Shown here: piece by piece, positions 28,350 to 37,871 of the stretch
Numbering within the stretch: the first letter of the stretch is position 1
How the letters are laid out: every line of letters begins with the position of its first letter
Source: a virus
Lineage: Duplodnaviria > Caudoviricetes
DNA length: 64,000 bases
Strand: one strand, 5' to 3'
Virus record (IMG/VR): IMGVR_UViG_3300021400_001148
Span: 224,001-288,000 of that record
Notes under the pieces: generated by a model
Databases searched by the model: none
What the model was told of the DNA's origin: nothing
Seen by the model: only the letters and a program-made list of their open reading frames with translations
Program-made: the position numbers and the translations under genes

Positions 28350-29357
28350 TTATTCTTGTTTATTTTTCTTTACCTTTCCTGCACGAATGCCCTCAAGAAG
28401 TTTTTTACTTTCCTCTATGTCGATTTTATTGGCATTTTCAGCAGCCTCGATATTTTCAATTGCTTCTTTCAATGGAGTTGCCCTACGATTTTTCCTTTCC
28501 TCTTTGGCTTCAAATTTGCGTTTGGACTCTTCATCATACATATCTTCGGCAATGTCTACACCGAGTTTTTCAGGCGTGCCCGTAAAGGTCAGAACATATG
28601 AACCACCTTTCTCATGATATTTAATGCCAACATATTCGAGATTGATGAAGGAGAATTCGAGCAGGTCTTCAACAGGAAAGGCTTTTTCAGAAATGAAGGA
28701 AACATTATCAAAATCAGTTATATCTGACATTCTAGATTTACGCTCATATAATGTTTTCATCTCTTTATCAAAGAAAATAGCCTTCGGCTCATTCTCCTGA
28801 GGACCAGCCGGTACATAAAAATCAAGATAGTAAGTCTCACCGTCTTTGCGGATGATTAACTGGCTTGCGTAATCTTCTATGTTAAACCTAGACAGCCATT
28901 TTCTCTTAATTTTGAGTCTGTGTTCAACCTTTCCCTCTTTTCCGGTACTGAGAAGATTTCCTAGTTCCTCTGACACGGACTTTTTAATGAGGTCATTTTT
29001 CTGAATTATGACAACACTGTACTCTTCCTCATTGCAAATGTTTTTGTTGGCCTTTGTGAAAATCTCATTTTTGCTTTTTTTCACTGCCTGGCCGCCGCCG
29101 ACATACTTGTATTCATCAGCTTTTTTTGCAGCCTGATATGTTTCATAACGAAGGTCTTTTACTTCTTGGGTAACTTCACCACGAAGCAGAGCCGCGTAGA
29201 GGTTATTACTCTCTATTTTTTTCTCCTGTTCCGAATCGCTCCCAGTGACATTTTTATTGCTGTTTGAAATAACTTCATCAGCGGATTTCATCCCGCGAAA
29301 AAGCGAGTTAAAGAAAATTACTATATTGAGTTTCAGTTTTTTGAAAAAATTAGACAT
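28350..29357 (-). CDS. hypothetical protein
   Basis: Long ORF; likely start MSNFF overlapping upstream stop. Confidence 0.7.
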   Translation of the reverse strand: MSNFFKKLKLNIVIFFNSLFRGMKSADEVISNSNKNVTGSDSEQEKKIESNNLYAALLRGEVTQEVKDLRYETYQAAKKADEYKYVGGGQAVKKSKNEIFTKANKNICNEEEYSVVIIQKNDLIKKSVSEELGNLLSTGKEGKVEHRLKIKRKWLSRFNIEDYASQLIIRKDGETYYLDFYVPAGPQENEPKAIFFDKEMKTLYERKSRMSDITDFDNVSFISEKAFPVEDLLEFSFINLEYVGIKYHEKGGSYVLTFTGTPEKLGVDIAEDMYDEESKRKFEAKEERKNRRATPLKEAIENIEAAENANKIDIEESKKLLEGIRAGKVKKNKQE

Positions 29358-29583
29358 TTTCAAGGCGGTTTTCGATTTCATTAAATATTCTGTTCTTTTT
29401 TGCCTCTGCCGCATTCAGTTTTTCCAATGTGGACTTGAGTACTTCTTTACTCTCTTCACTGTCACCATACCGATTTCCACGGCTCATCTCATAAAGATTC
29501 TTGTATTTGTCACAGATAATGTTGGCACTCTCATTGTATGCCACGAGTTCCACTATGGAAGCATTTTTCAAAATTTCACTCAT
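29350..29583 (-). CDS. small hypothetical protein
   Basis: 77-aa helical ORF coupled to downstream gene. Confidence 0.6.
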   Translation of the reverse strand: MSEILKNASIVELVAYNESANIICDKYKNLYEMSRGNRYGDSEESKEVLKSTLEKLNAAEAKKNRIFNEIENRLENV

Positions 29584-29640
29584 TTCTTCTAAGTTTACAT
29601 TAACATACCCCGAAAAGGCTTTAAGGTCAAGTAATACAAT

Positions 29641-29671
29641 AAAAAAAAACCGTGAATTTCTTCACGGTTTT
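29641..29671 (-). terminator. intrinsic terminator after IMPDH/GMPR gene
   Basis: aaccgtgaa-tttc-ttcacggtt with A run on + (U run on -). Confidence 0.75.
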
Positions 29672-29691
29672 CTTCAAAAAAGTATGCTTAG

Positions 29692-30822
29692 TTATTGATT
29701 GTAGGCAACGCTGTTTTCTACGACCCATTTAGAGTTCTTGTATTCGTTGAGATTCCGACTGTTGGTGTAACTCATAGCAGAGCGGAGGTAGTCAATTTCG
29801 TTTTCAACCCACCCACTGAGATTGAATTCCACTCGTTGGTAATAAGTTTTTCCCTCGGATGTCTTAATTTTCGCGTTAGGATTTATTTTTGCCTGCGCTC
29901 TTTTCGAACTCATTCCATAGAACTCTTTCCAGATAGAAAGTTTGTTTTCCTTAAAAAGTGCGTATGCTTTTCCAAAGTCCTTTCTTTGTATTTCCCTTCC
30001 GTAAGTAAAGAGGGTTTTAAATGGTCTGAAGATTTTCTTACCATTCACATTGAAATAGGAGTTACCATATGTGGTTTTCCCTGCGGACTCAATGGCTTTA
30101 TTGAAAAGCCCACCTATCATGACATAATCAGCATAAATGAGGGCTTTCTGTATGTCTCGATATCCGCGAATGCCGCCGTCAGCAATGATTTTACATTTTC
30201 CCCCAAGTTTTACTTTGTATTCATAAATCTCTTTAATCAAAGAAAAACTTGGAAAATAAATACCAGTATTGCTGGCTGTAAGGCAACCACTTCCAGAACC
30301 GATGGTGCAGCGCACATAATCCACACCGGCGTTTTCATATGCTCTATATGTTTCGGGATTGGCAATGTTGCCAGTCATAATGGTAAAGAAAACCCCGGGG
30401 AGCCTTTTCAGTTGTACGCAGATGTCAAGAAGACTGGTCATATGACCGTTTGCGATATCAATACACACCTTATAAGACTCATTGGTGCGTATCCAGCCTT
30501 GTGGCCCGTGTGCATCAAGGAAATCCCTGACTGCATCCTCTGCTTCTTGTAGCGAAATGGCAAAGAAGCAATTATATTTCCGAGAGAGTTCAATCCTTTT
30601 TTTTATTGGTACAACAGTTCTCGGAATAATGGTGTTAATCTTGTTATTAACGAAATCTTCTATGTTCTCTTCATCAACAACACTATCCATAGGAGAAGCA
30701 AAGATAGGAAGCATTCCATTTTCGTCAAAGGGGTTACATTCCTTTCTTGACCTGATGTCGGTAACAACTTCCGGCATAATGGATACATCATTGTATCCTA
30801 ACTTGATATCGTGTTCTTTCAT
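29692..30822 (-). CDS. IMP dehydrogenase/GMP reductase family oxidoreductase
   Basis: SPMD.V, IDIANGH, GNIA, IGSGSGCLT, IIADGGI, FYGMSS and LRSAMSY motifs. Confidence 0.9.
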   Translation of the reverse strand: MKEHDIKLGYNDVSIMPEVVTDIRSRKECNPFDENGMLPIFASPMDSVVDEENIEDFVNNKINTIIPRTVVPIKKRIELSRKYNCFFAISLQEAEDAVRDFLDAHGPQGWIRTNESYKVCIDIANGHMTSLLDICVQLKRLPGVFFTIMTGNIANPETYRAYENAGVDYVRCTIGSGSGCLTASNTGIYFPSFSLIKEIYEYKVKLGGKCKIIADGGIRGYRDIQKALIYADYVMIGGLFNKAIESAGKTTYGNSYFNVNGKKIFRPFKTLFTYGREIQRKDFGKAYALFKENKLSIWKEFYGMSSKRAQAKINPNAKIKTSEGKTYYQRVEFNLSGWVENEIDYLRSAMSYTNSRNLNEYKNSKWVVENSVAYNQ

Positions 30823-30824
30823 AA

Positions 30825-31259
30825 CTAATTCCTGCCAGTTGAGCCAAAACCTCCGGAGGCACGCTCAGTTTCATCAAGGGTTTCAGTATTTTCCCAAACA
30901 ATTGTTTCAAATTTATTAAGCACGGCCTGTGCTATCCTGTCCCCCGGGTTTATTGTGAACTTTTCCTGTGAAAGGTTTATGAGGATAACACCAATTTCAC
31001 CACGATATCCCGCGTCAACAGTACCTGGCGTATTAAGAACTGTGATACCGTTTTTTACAGCAAGGCCGCTTCTTGGCCTGACCTGCAGTTCATATCCCTC
31101 CGGGACCCCTAAATAAAGGCCTGTGGGTATGCAAACTCGTTCAAGCGTGTTTATCGTTATTGGGGTTTCTATATTTGCCCTGAGGTCCATTCCCGCGTCC
31201 CCGGGGTTTTTATACTCTGGGTTAGGGTATTTTGATTTGTTAATGATTTTAACTTCCAT
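30825..31259 (-). CDS. dut: dUTPase
   Basis: AGMDL, RPRSGLA, GTVDAGYRGE, DRIAQ and RASGGFGSTG motifs. Confidence 0.97.
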   Translation of the reverse strand: MEVKIINKSKYPNPEYKNPGDAGMDLRANIETPITINTLERVCIPTGLYLGVPEGYELQVRPRSGLAVKNGITVLNTPGTVDAGYRGEIGVILINLSQEKFTINPGDRIAQAVLNKFETIVWENTETLDETERASGGFGSTGRN

Positions 31260-32208
31260 AATCTTCTGTTTCAGCGTTTTTTAAGAAATGTTGCGCCTCA
31301 TGTACATATTTGCAAGAACTTATGTCCGCCGGCGTGCTTATTGGAAGAAGTTCTCGATGTTCGCTTAGCGGTATTGGAGAAATTCGTTTTTCAGAGTTCC
31401 TTACATATGAAAGATGTGGCTGGTTTTTCACAAAACCTATTTTTCTGTTTGACAGGGAACTTATTTTTATAATCTCTTTCTCCTCGTAGTTATTTCTACT
31501 ATGGAGATAAACATAGTCCCCGAGCATAAAATTCTTCGAACCCCAGACATATGGCGTTTTCTTGATTAGAATTGTCTTTTTGAAATCTTCTTGCGGGATT
31601 ACATTGAGCAGTAGATTTCTGTATTTCACAAAGTCACTCCAGCCATATTCTCTGTTCTTTTTCGGAACCGTAAGAGTCTCGGGATTTTCGAAATAGTCTA
31701 TGACGCAACACCCAAAATCAGTATCAACCGTATGAAAAGAAATATGAAGTTTCTTTAAATCAACAATACCCTTCCAAACATCACCATTCCAAAGAACTTG
31801 CTGACGGGGTACTATTTGTGCCCCTTCATTGGGCGGAAGTGCATCGTGCACCACAATTTTTCCACCCTTGTTCAAGTGCTTAAGGGAGTTGATAATGTCT
31901 TTTCTTACTTGTTCCCTCATATGCAATCCATCAATGAAGATAATGTCATATTTCCTATTGACAGTTTCAAAAAATTCATCTGAAGTCATTTTGTAAGTCA
32001 GATGCTGCTTAATTTTCTCTCTTGTTGTAGCATCGAGCGGCACATCAAAACCATTTTTATGGTCATCTTCAAAGAACGGGTCGACACTCTCCTTGTTCTT
32101 GCAAACAATTCGAGTGTAATTGTTATCCGGATTATCAAGGCCTATCTCCAGATACGATTTGTATCCGAAAAAAGAGATAAGATTGTTTATAATGTCAGTT
32201 CTTGTCAT
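31249..32208 (-). CDS. class I SAM-dependent methyltransferase with extra C-terminal domain
   Basis: YLEIG, VDP, SDEFF, DIIFIDGLH, GG.IVVHD and WNGDVWK motifs. Confidence 0.85.
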   Translation of the reverse strand: MTRTDIINNLISFFGYKSYLEIGLDNPDNNYTRIVCKNKESVDPFFEDDHKNGFDVPLDATTREKIKQHLTYKMTSDEFFETVNRKYDIIFIDGLHMREQVRKDIINSLKHLNKGGKIVVHDALPPNEGAQIVPRQQVLWNGDVWKGIVDLKKLHISFHTVDTDFGCCVIDYFENPETLTVPKKNREYGWSDFVKYRNLLLNVIPQEDFKKTILIKKTPYVWGSKNFMLGDYVYLHSRNNYEEKEIIKISSLSNRKIGFVKNQPHLSYVRNSEKRISPIPLSEHRELLPISTPADISSCKYVHEAQHFLKNAETEDYGS

Positions 32209-32831
32209 GCCTTCTTCCTGTTTACATTTATCTTCATATAAGTGAGGTCATCAGCCATCTTTACAAACATAGCAAGTGGTTGGATATGAAGCATAGAAAA
32301 TTTGTCCTCGTTGTTCTTGTCGTTGATTTTCATTGCCTCGAACTCACTTTCAGAGAGTGTAATGCCGGCAAGTTGGCAGAGGTATTGTGACCTTTCACCA
32401 CAATTTATGGTGGTTTCGTTGTCCACCCATTTATAGATAATACCTCTTCTGTTTACCTGCCATTCATCGTCATTCGGTTGGTAAATCATCACTTTCCCAA
32501 TCTGATGAAGGAGCATTACTTTGCGGAATGAACGCCAATCAACCCCAAATTCATTGACCAATTTCTTTACTGGCCCGGTAATTGTTTGAACTTCTTTTTC
32601 AGACGAAGTTGACTCGAAAAGTTTCTTCGCGTAATCAAATGAGCGGTTGATGAGGAGAAGAAGGGCGCCTTTAAAAGCAAGCCCCGATGAAACTTCCAGA
32701 CCGGCCGGTGCAGATTTTATCTTTTCAGCACCGCCAAGTACTTCAACCAGTTTTTCGGTGTTTACTCCAACACCTTCGAGTTCGCTAATGAACCTTACAT
32801 AAAGTTCATTTATCTTCACATCACTAAGCAT
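32205..32831 (-). CDS. HD-domain-like protein, degenerate
   Basis: APA......AF.G.L, LLHQIGK, GERS, E.EA, AD pattern; HD motif reads HQ. Confidence 0.6.
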   Translation of the reverse strand: MLSDVKINELYVRFISELEGVGVNTEKLVEVLGGAEKIKSAPAGLEVSSGLAFKGALLLLINRSFDYAKKLFESTSSEKEVQTITGPVKKLVNEFGVDWRSFRKVMLLHQIGKVMIYQPNDDEWQVNRRGIIYKWVDNETTINCGERSQYLCQLAGITLSESEFEAMKINDKNNEDKFSMLHIQPLAMFVKMADDLTYMKINVNRKKA

Positions 32832-32893
32832 AAATTTTGTTTTTAAATTTTCTGGTACAAATATACAAAAACTATTTATTTAAAAAATGCAGC

Positions 32894-33304
32894 ATGGAAA
32901 AAATTCTTTGGTGGGTGGTTTTCATCCTTTTGTGTATATGGCAATTACCACAATTGTTGATTGCGGGATTAATGGCTCCTTTTCTCGGAAAAAAGAAACT
33001 GGTCGCCGCCAGACATTTTAATTTTTGCTGGAAAGGAGAAAACATGAGTGGGGGAATCAGTCTCGGGCCCGTGGCATATGTCTCTGAAAGGAGTAGCGAA
33101 ACAACTATCTGTCATGAAATTGACGGACATACTGTGCAAAGTAAGATACTTGGGCCGCTTTATCTCTTGGTGATAGGTTTGCCGTCCCTTTTGAATGCCA
33201 TTTTTGACTTTACCGACTGTTATTACGACTTTTTTACAGAATCGTGGGCCAATAAATGTGCCGGCTTAAAAGTTAACAAGTGGTGTTCACTTGTTAAAGA
33301 CTAA
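32894..33304 (+). CDS. membrane-anchored putative zinc metallopeptidase-like protein
   Basis: N-terminal TM helix; GGISLG, HE..GH..QS..LG..YL, E.WA. Confidence 0.55.
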   Translation: MEKILWWVVFILLCIWQLPQLLIAGLMAPFLGKKKLVAARHFNFCWKGENMSGGISLGPVAYVSERSSETTICHEIDGHTVQSKILGPLYLLVIGLPSLLNAIFDFTDCYYDFFTESWANKCAGLKVNKWCSLVKD

Positions 33305-33364
33305 AAAAATCCTCCCGTTTTCAGTGACAGGAGGAAAAACAAGAAAAATTATGGAAGCAGGCCT

Positions 33365-34606
33365 CTACTTGCCCACCACACTTTCGTAGAAAGCGGCACG
33401 CTCTTCTGAAAGTGTTTTCATATTATATTTCGGTTTAATTGTATCCGCAAGATTTTTCTTTAGGATATCAACATATTCGGGGTGTTCTACAATCTTTTTG
33501 ATTGCTTTTACCCAGTCTTTATGGTCTTTGCGGTGTTCGATAAGAATTGCATTACCATTTTCGTTAATCTGGCTGCCGGGTCCGAAGAAATTCACTGTAT
33601 CAAGAGTATATGGACCAGAATCGGAACATATCACTGCCGTATCTTTGAATGCGGCCTCAATTAGTTTCAATTGGCTCTTGAATGAATTGAATGTGGACTC
33701 TTTGAGTGGAACGAGAAGTACATCAATAGTATCATAATGTGTAAGATAATTGTTAATGTCCCTTGTCCACTGCCTTACATATTTTTCTTCTTCAATCTTT
33801 GGATACTCCAAATCAGGAATTGACCTATTAAGGAATGCCTTGTATTCCGGGGAAACAATGTCTGGGTCGTATTTGTTAGTGATAAGTTGCTCAAAACGAT
33901 ACCAACAGGTTTCTTCAGGTTTAATGGGCCTTTGCTGAGCAGAGCCGTCGGGCTGGTAAATGGTCATCGTTCCACGAATATCATATCCACAAAGATGAAA
34001 TTCGGCTTTGTCCCAGATATCTTTATGGCCAAAAGTGTCCCTGAGAATTTCCAAATCAGGCTCGTGAGACGAACCCATAATGAAACCAAAACGAATTTTA
34101 CCATTTTTTGACGGAACCTTAGGCGTAAGCACTTGCGGCTCATCCTCAAATAAGCCGTTTGGAAGAACTTTCACATTCTTGTTATACTTAAGACACTCTT
34201 TTTCGAAAATAGGGGTTGTGGTTGTCACCCAGTCAACCATTTGAAGTGTCTTTCTTACCTTCTCAGGAACTTTTCCCCTCTCATTTGCATGATATGTAGG
34301 GTGCGTCCTGTCAATAAACCAGTAAGCGTCGTCCACATCCATCAAAATTTTCACACCGGATTCACGGAGTGCAGTGATTGCATTCCAGAATGTTTCTTGG
34401 TCTTTTTCGAGACCTTTGTGAAAATGTATGATATCATATTTTTTGAGAGCCTCAATATTTTCCCAGTCAGGGCTCATATCAATATCTACATCAAACTTCT
34501 CTGGAAAATATCTTTGAAGCCCCTGTGCCGGCTGTATCGACCTAAATCTTCCGCATCCGTAGTTGTCCGAAGGGACAATTAAGACTTTAATCTTGTTTTC
34601 TGACAT
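33365..34606 (-). CDS. glycosyltransferase, GT-B/GT4-like
   Basis: G.G.FR...P, DVDD.W, V.PNG, GS.SH..DL, PL....FN..KS.LK.IEA motifs. Confidence 0.8.
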   Translation of the reverse strand: MSENKIKVLIVPSDNYGCGRFRSIQPAQGLQRYFPEKFDVDIDMSPDWENIEALKKYDIIHFHKGLEKDQETFWNAITALRESGVKILMDVDDAYWFIDRTHPTYHANERGKVPEKVRKTLQMVDWVTTTTPIFEKECLKYNKNVKVLPNGLFEDEPQVLTPKVPSKNGKIRFGFIMGSSHEPDLEILRDTFGHKDIWDKAEFHLCGYDIRGTMTIYQPDGSAQQRPIKPEETCWYRFEQLITNKYDPDIVSPEYKAFLNRSIPDLEYPKIEEEKYVRQWTRDINNYLTHYDTIDVLLVPLKESTFNSFKSQLKLIEAAFKDTAVICSDSGPYTLDTVNFFGPGSQINENGNAILIEHRKDHKDWVKAIKKIVEHPEYVDILKKNLADTIKPKYNMKTLSEERAAFYESVVGK

Positions 34607-34640
34607 ATTTTTTTGTTTTTAATGTATTTTATTTCTTGTT

Positions 34641-35042
34641 TTAGTCAACATTTTTCTTTAGTTCTTTCAGTTTTTCTTGAACTTCATCATAATCCATACC
34701 AAATTTCAAAACCCCTCGGCCCAACGCCGGGTAATCGTCAAGACCCTCAATATCAATCCAAGAAAGTGCCATTATACCATTTATACAATACAGAAGAGGA
34801 TATGCAGAATTTTTAATGGCCAACCCAAGTTTATAGTCAGAGTTCACACGCTGAACAGTTGTGTAAGTATCTTTCGGGGGATAAATGTCCTCCTCATCGC
34901 ATATTGCGGGGTTTTTATTGTCCCAACCGCCGTTCCAGACAATTTCCGGAGTATCCGAAAAATAAAGGTCATAGGTAAATGTGTTATATTTTTTATCCTC
35001 TATTACTGGTGCAACAAAAACAAGACTTAAATTACTCATCAT
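34641..35042 (-). CDS. hypothetical protein (paralog of downstream-numbered neighbour)
   Basis: Y...FSD.P.I.W...PA and CI.GI..L...FG shared with 35032-35451. Confidence 0.7.
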   Translation of the reverse strand: MMSNLSLVFVAPVIEDKKYNTFTYDLYFSDTPEIVWNGGWDNKNPAICDEEDIYPPKDTYTTVQRVNSDYKLGLAIKNSAYPLLYCINGIMALSWIDIEGLDDYPALGRGVLKFGMDYDEVQEKLKELKKNVD

Positions 35043-35451
35043 TTCCCTCCTTTTCTTCTATTTCTTCCTCGGGCTGGTAATCAAATTCCTGAAATTGTAT
35101 TTTGTTACGGGTTAATATATCCCTAACCATATCGATATTTTCCCCGAAGTTAATCACAACCTTAGACTCTTCATCTTTACTAAAAACAAGGCTTATAATC
35201 CCGTCAATACAGTCTTGCAGGGAAAACCATGTACTTTTTACGGCTGTATCCAGTTCTTCGTTGGATACAACCCTCCATTCCTTTGTAAGTCCATCTGAAA
35301 AGGGCTTGATGTTTGGAACACCACCAGCAGGTGTCACATTAAAATTGTCGCCCCATATAATATCTGGGTCGTCGGAAAATAGAAAGCGGTATACAAATTG
35401 GTCTCTTCCTATTTTTCCTATTGGTTCAGCAAATACAATAACATCTTCCAT
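35032..35451 (-). CDS. hypothetical protein (paralog of 34641-35042)
   Basis: Same motif set as neighbour. Confidence 0.7.
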   Translation of the reverse strand: MEDVIVFAEPIGKIGRDQFVYRFLFSDDPDIIWGDNFNVTPAGGVPNIKPFSDGLTKEWRVVSNEELDTAVKSTWFSLQDCIDGIISLVFSKDEESKVVINFGENIDMVRDILTRNKIQFQEFDYQPEEEIEEKEGNDE

Positions 35452-35495
35452 TCCCTCGTTTCTTTGAAATTAGAATATTTATAAGAAAATGTCAA

Positions 35496-36053
35496 GTGAT
35501 GAAAAATAATATAAGACTAACTGAAAGTCAATTGAGGGCGTTAGTATCTGAGGCCTCTAAAAAAGTTCTAAATGAAATAAGCCTTGATACAATTGGAAAT
35601 GCTGAAAACCAAAGTAATAACTGGCGTAGAGGGGACTATGACCCATGGGATAGTGATGCGTGGAAGGATATTATAAATTATAATGATATTTTTGATGCTA
35701 TAAGGGATATTAACATTGCACTAGAAAAGTTAGGCGGGGATTATCCTACTGAACAAAAGTTTTTGGGGTATCTTGAAGAGATTTGGAATTTCTTTGAAAG
35801 AAAAGAGTCTCAACACGAAAATTTTAAAAAAACTGAAAGAAGAAAAAACCATGAGACACGCAATGAAATTCTCCAAAGAGCAAAGCAATTCGGGGCTACA
35901 GATTTAAGAGATTGGGATGCTGCATTTAACAGTGTTCCAGAAGATAGATTTAATGAATTTGCAATATCTCTCTCAAAAGAGACCAGAGAGTGGCTCAATA
36001 ACGAAGGATTTCTTGATTACAATAGCAAAACAGGTGAATTTTACAAGGAGTAA
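35496..36053 (+). CDS. putative internal head protein
   Basis: IRLTESQLRALVSEASKKVLNE; TATTTATA at 35476. Confidence 0.7.
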   Translation: MMKNNIRLTESQLRALVSEASKKVLNEISLDTIGNAENQSNNWRRGDYDPWDSDAWKDIINYNDIFDAIRDINIALEKLGGDYPTEQKFLGYLEEIWNFFERKESQHENFKKTERRKNHETRNEILQRAKQFGATDLRDWDAAFNSVPEDRFNEFAISLSKETREWLNNEGFLDYNSKTGEFYKE

Positions 36054-36057
36054 TGTT

Positions 36058-36525
36058 ATGGAAAGATATAAAATTTCAGAAAACACATTAAAAAGAATGG
36101 TTTTTGAGGGGACTAAAAAAGCACTCAAAGAAGAAATAGACGATTATCTTGAAAATCTTGTTGACAACGTATCCATCACCCTTACTGATAAGTATGGGTT
36201 TGGGACCGAGGCTGCATATGCTGCGGCTGAAAAAAGTGTTGCTCAACTAGATGACACCGATTCATTGAGTGGTGACGAACAGGAAGATTTTGATGCTGCA
36301 CTCCAAAGGTCTATGTCCAACTATGTAAATGAAAGCCTTACTAAAAAGAGCATCAAGGAAGGGCAAGAAGAATATGAAGCACTTCGTGGGTCTGTGGCTA
36401 TATGTCTGTCAATGATTGACAACACTTTCAAACGGGATGATATTGATAATGTAAGCCCAGATGTCCTCAAGGACCTTATCATTCGTATTTACGATGAACT
36501 CAGCCCAAATAGAGTAAACCTTTAA
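36058..36525 (+). CDS. putative internal head protein
   Basis: MERYKISENTLKRMVFEGTKKALKE; start reassigned to ATG 36058. Confidence 0.65.
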   Translation: MERYKISENTLKRMVFEGTKKALKEEIDDYLENLVDNVSITLTDKYGFGTEAAYAAAEKSVAQLDDTDSLSGDEQEDFDAALQRSMSNYVNESLTKKSIKEGQEEYEALRGSVAICLSMIDNTFKRDDIDNVSPDVLKDLIIRIYDELSPNRVNL

Positions 36526-36526
36526 A

Positions 36527-37066
36527 ATGACATTTGACACAACAAACATAAAAAGGAAGAATCCTATAAACAGGAACAACATGTTTTTCTCAAAAGAATC
36601 TTTTGATTTTGAGGAAAACCTTGCTCTTGAATATATGGAACAGGATATGAATCAGACAGTCATCCTTTTCCAAGTGGATTTATCCAAAACGAAAGTCAAT
36701 GACCTTTACAAAGAGGCCTCTAAAAGCGACATTGTTTTTAAGACCCCGGTTGAACTCACCTGTATATATGAAATAGAAGAGTCTGAAACATCATCTTATG
36801 ATGACAAACAGTCAAAAAGTGTATATGTAAAGCCGGGAACTTTAAAATTGAGTGTCTTAGAAAAGACCCTCAAGGAAATGAACGCCGATATAAAGAGAGG
36901 AGATTTCATAGGTGTAGTGATAGACCCTGAAAGAACTATTTACTTCGAAGTCAATAATGATGGTAAAGCGTTGCAAACAGCAAACAGTCAGACTATGTAC
37001 GGAGTAAGGCCTTATTGGAGAAGCATTCGTGCAAACTATGTCGACCCAGTTACATTTAATGGATAA
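36527..37066 (+). CDS. head-closure/neck protein (gp14-like)
   Basis: N.LY.EA...F..PVE, I.RGDFI, YFEV pattern; upstream of tail terminator and sheath. Confidence 0.6.
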   Translation: MTFDTTNIKRKNPINRNNMFFSKESFDFEENLALEYMEQDMNQTVILFQVDLSKTKVNDLYKEASKSDIVFKTPVELTCIYEIEESETSSYDDKQSKSVYVKPGTLKLSVLEKTLKEMNADIKRGDFIGVVIDPERTIYFEVNNDGKALQTANSQTMYGVRPYWRSIRANYVDPVTFNG

Positions 37067-37083
37067 AAATAAAAATTGAGATT

Positions 37084-37812
37084 ATGTTTAAAGTTGTTTT
37101 TGGCTCTTATAGTAAAAAAGACGGGACCCCTGAGGATGGTGTCTACGAGATACTTCAATATCTCGAAGGCCTGAAAGAAAAAGATATCTTAGTAAGGCTC
37201 GACCCAGATATGAAATATGAGGGGGTGGACCTCTTCTGTGATTCTTTGAGCATAAAAAACCTTCAGGTAAAGAAAATTAATGACAGAGGAGAATATGAGG
37301 CCTCTTTCGAAACTAAGAATAAATCAAATATCATTCGTCTTCTCGCCAATATGGGTAACATCGGAAACGGCGGACATTCATATGATATAAAAATCGGAAA
37401 GAAGACTTTTTATTTTGACGGCGATGGGGCAGACAGAATAGTGAGTATAAACGGAGTAGAACTTCGTGGCGATATGAAAAAACCTTATTATTGGGGAAAG
37501 TTTTATGAAAAAGAAGAAAAAATAGATGAGAGTATGAGAAAAATAATCAAACTTAATGAATCACAACTCAAAAATCTTGTCATGGAATCAGCCAAGAGAG
37601 TTATGAAGGAAATGTATGGAGACATTGCGGACACATCGTTTGGTGTTGACGATGTTGATGATAGTTCATCGATAAGCAATGACGCCGTAAATGACAATGA
37701 TTTCGAACAAAACGAAAATGCCACATTCTTGAAACAACTTTTGAAAATGAGGAAAGAAGGGGTTATCTCAGACGAAGAATTGAACCGTATGAGACAGTCT
37801 CTCGGAATTTAA
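37084..37812 (+). CDS. hypothetical protein with internal capsid-targeting-like peptide
   Basis: IDESMRKIIKLNESQLKNLVMESAKRVMKE at about residue 150. Confidence 0.7.
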   Translation: MFKVVFGSYSKKDGTPEDGVYEILQYLEGLKEKDILVRLDPDMKYEGVDLFCDSLSIKNLQVKKINDRGEYEASFETKNKSNIIRLLANMGNIGNGGHSYDIKIGKKTFYFDGDGADRIVSINGVELRGDMKKPYYWGKFYEKEEKIDESMRKIIKLNESQLKNLVMESAKRVMKEMYGDIADTSFGVDDVDDSSSISNDAVNDNDFEQNENATFLKQLLKMRKEGVISDEELNRMRQSLGI

Positions 37813-37815
37813 AAG

Positions 37816-37840
37816 AACACACCTTCGGGTGTGTTTTTTT
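37816..37840 (+). terminator. intrinsic terminator
   Basis: aacacacc-ttcg-ggtgtgtt plus T run. Confidence 0.85.
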
Positions 37841-37871
37841 GTTAAACGCCGTCGGAAAACTATTTATGAAT

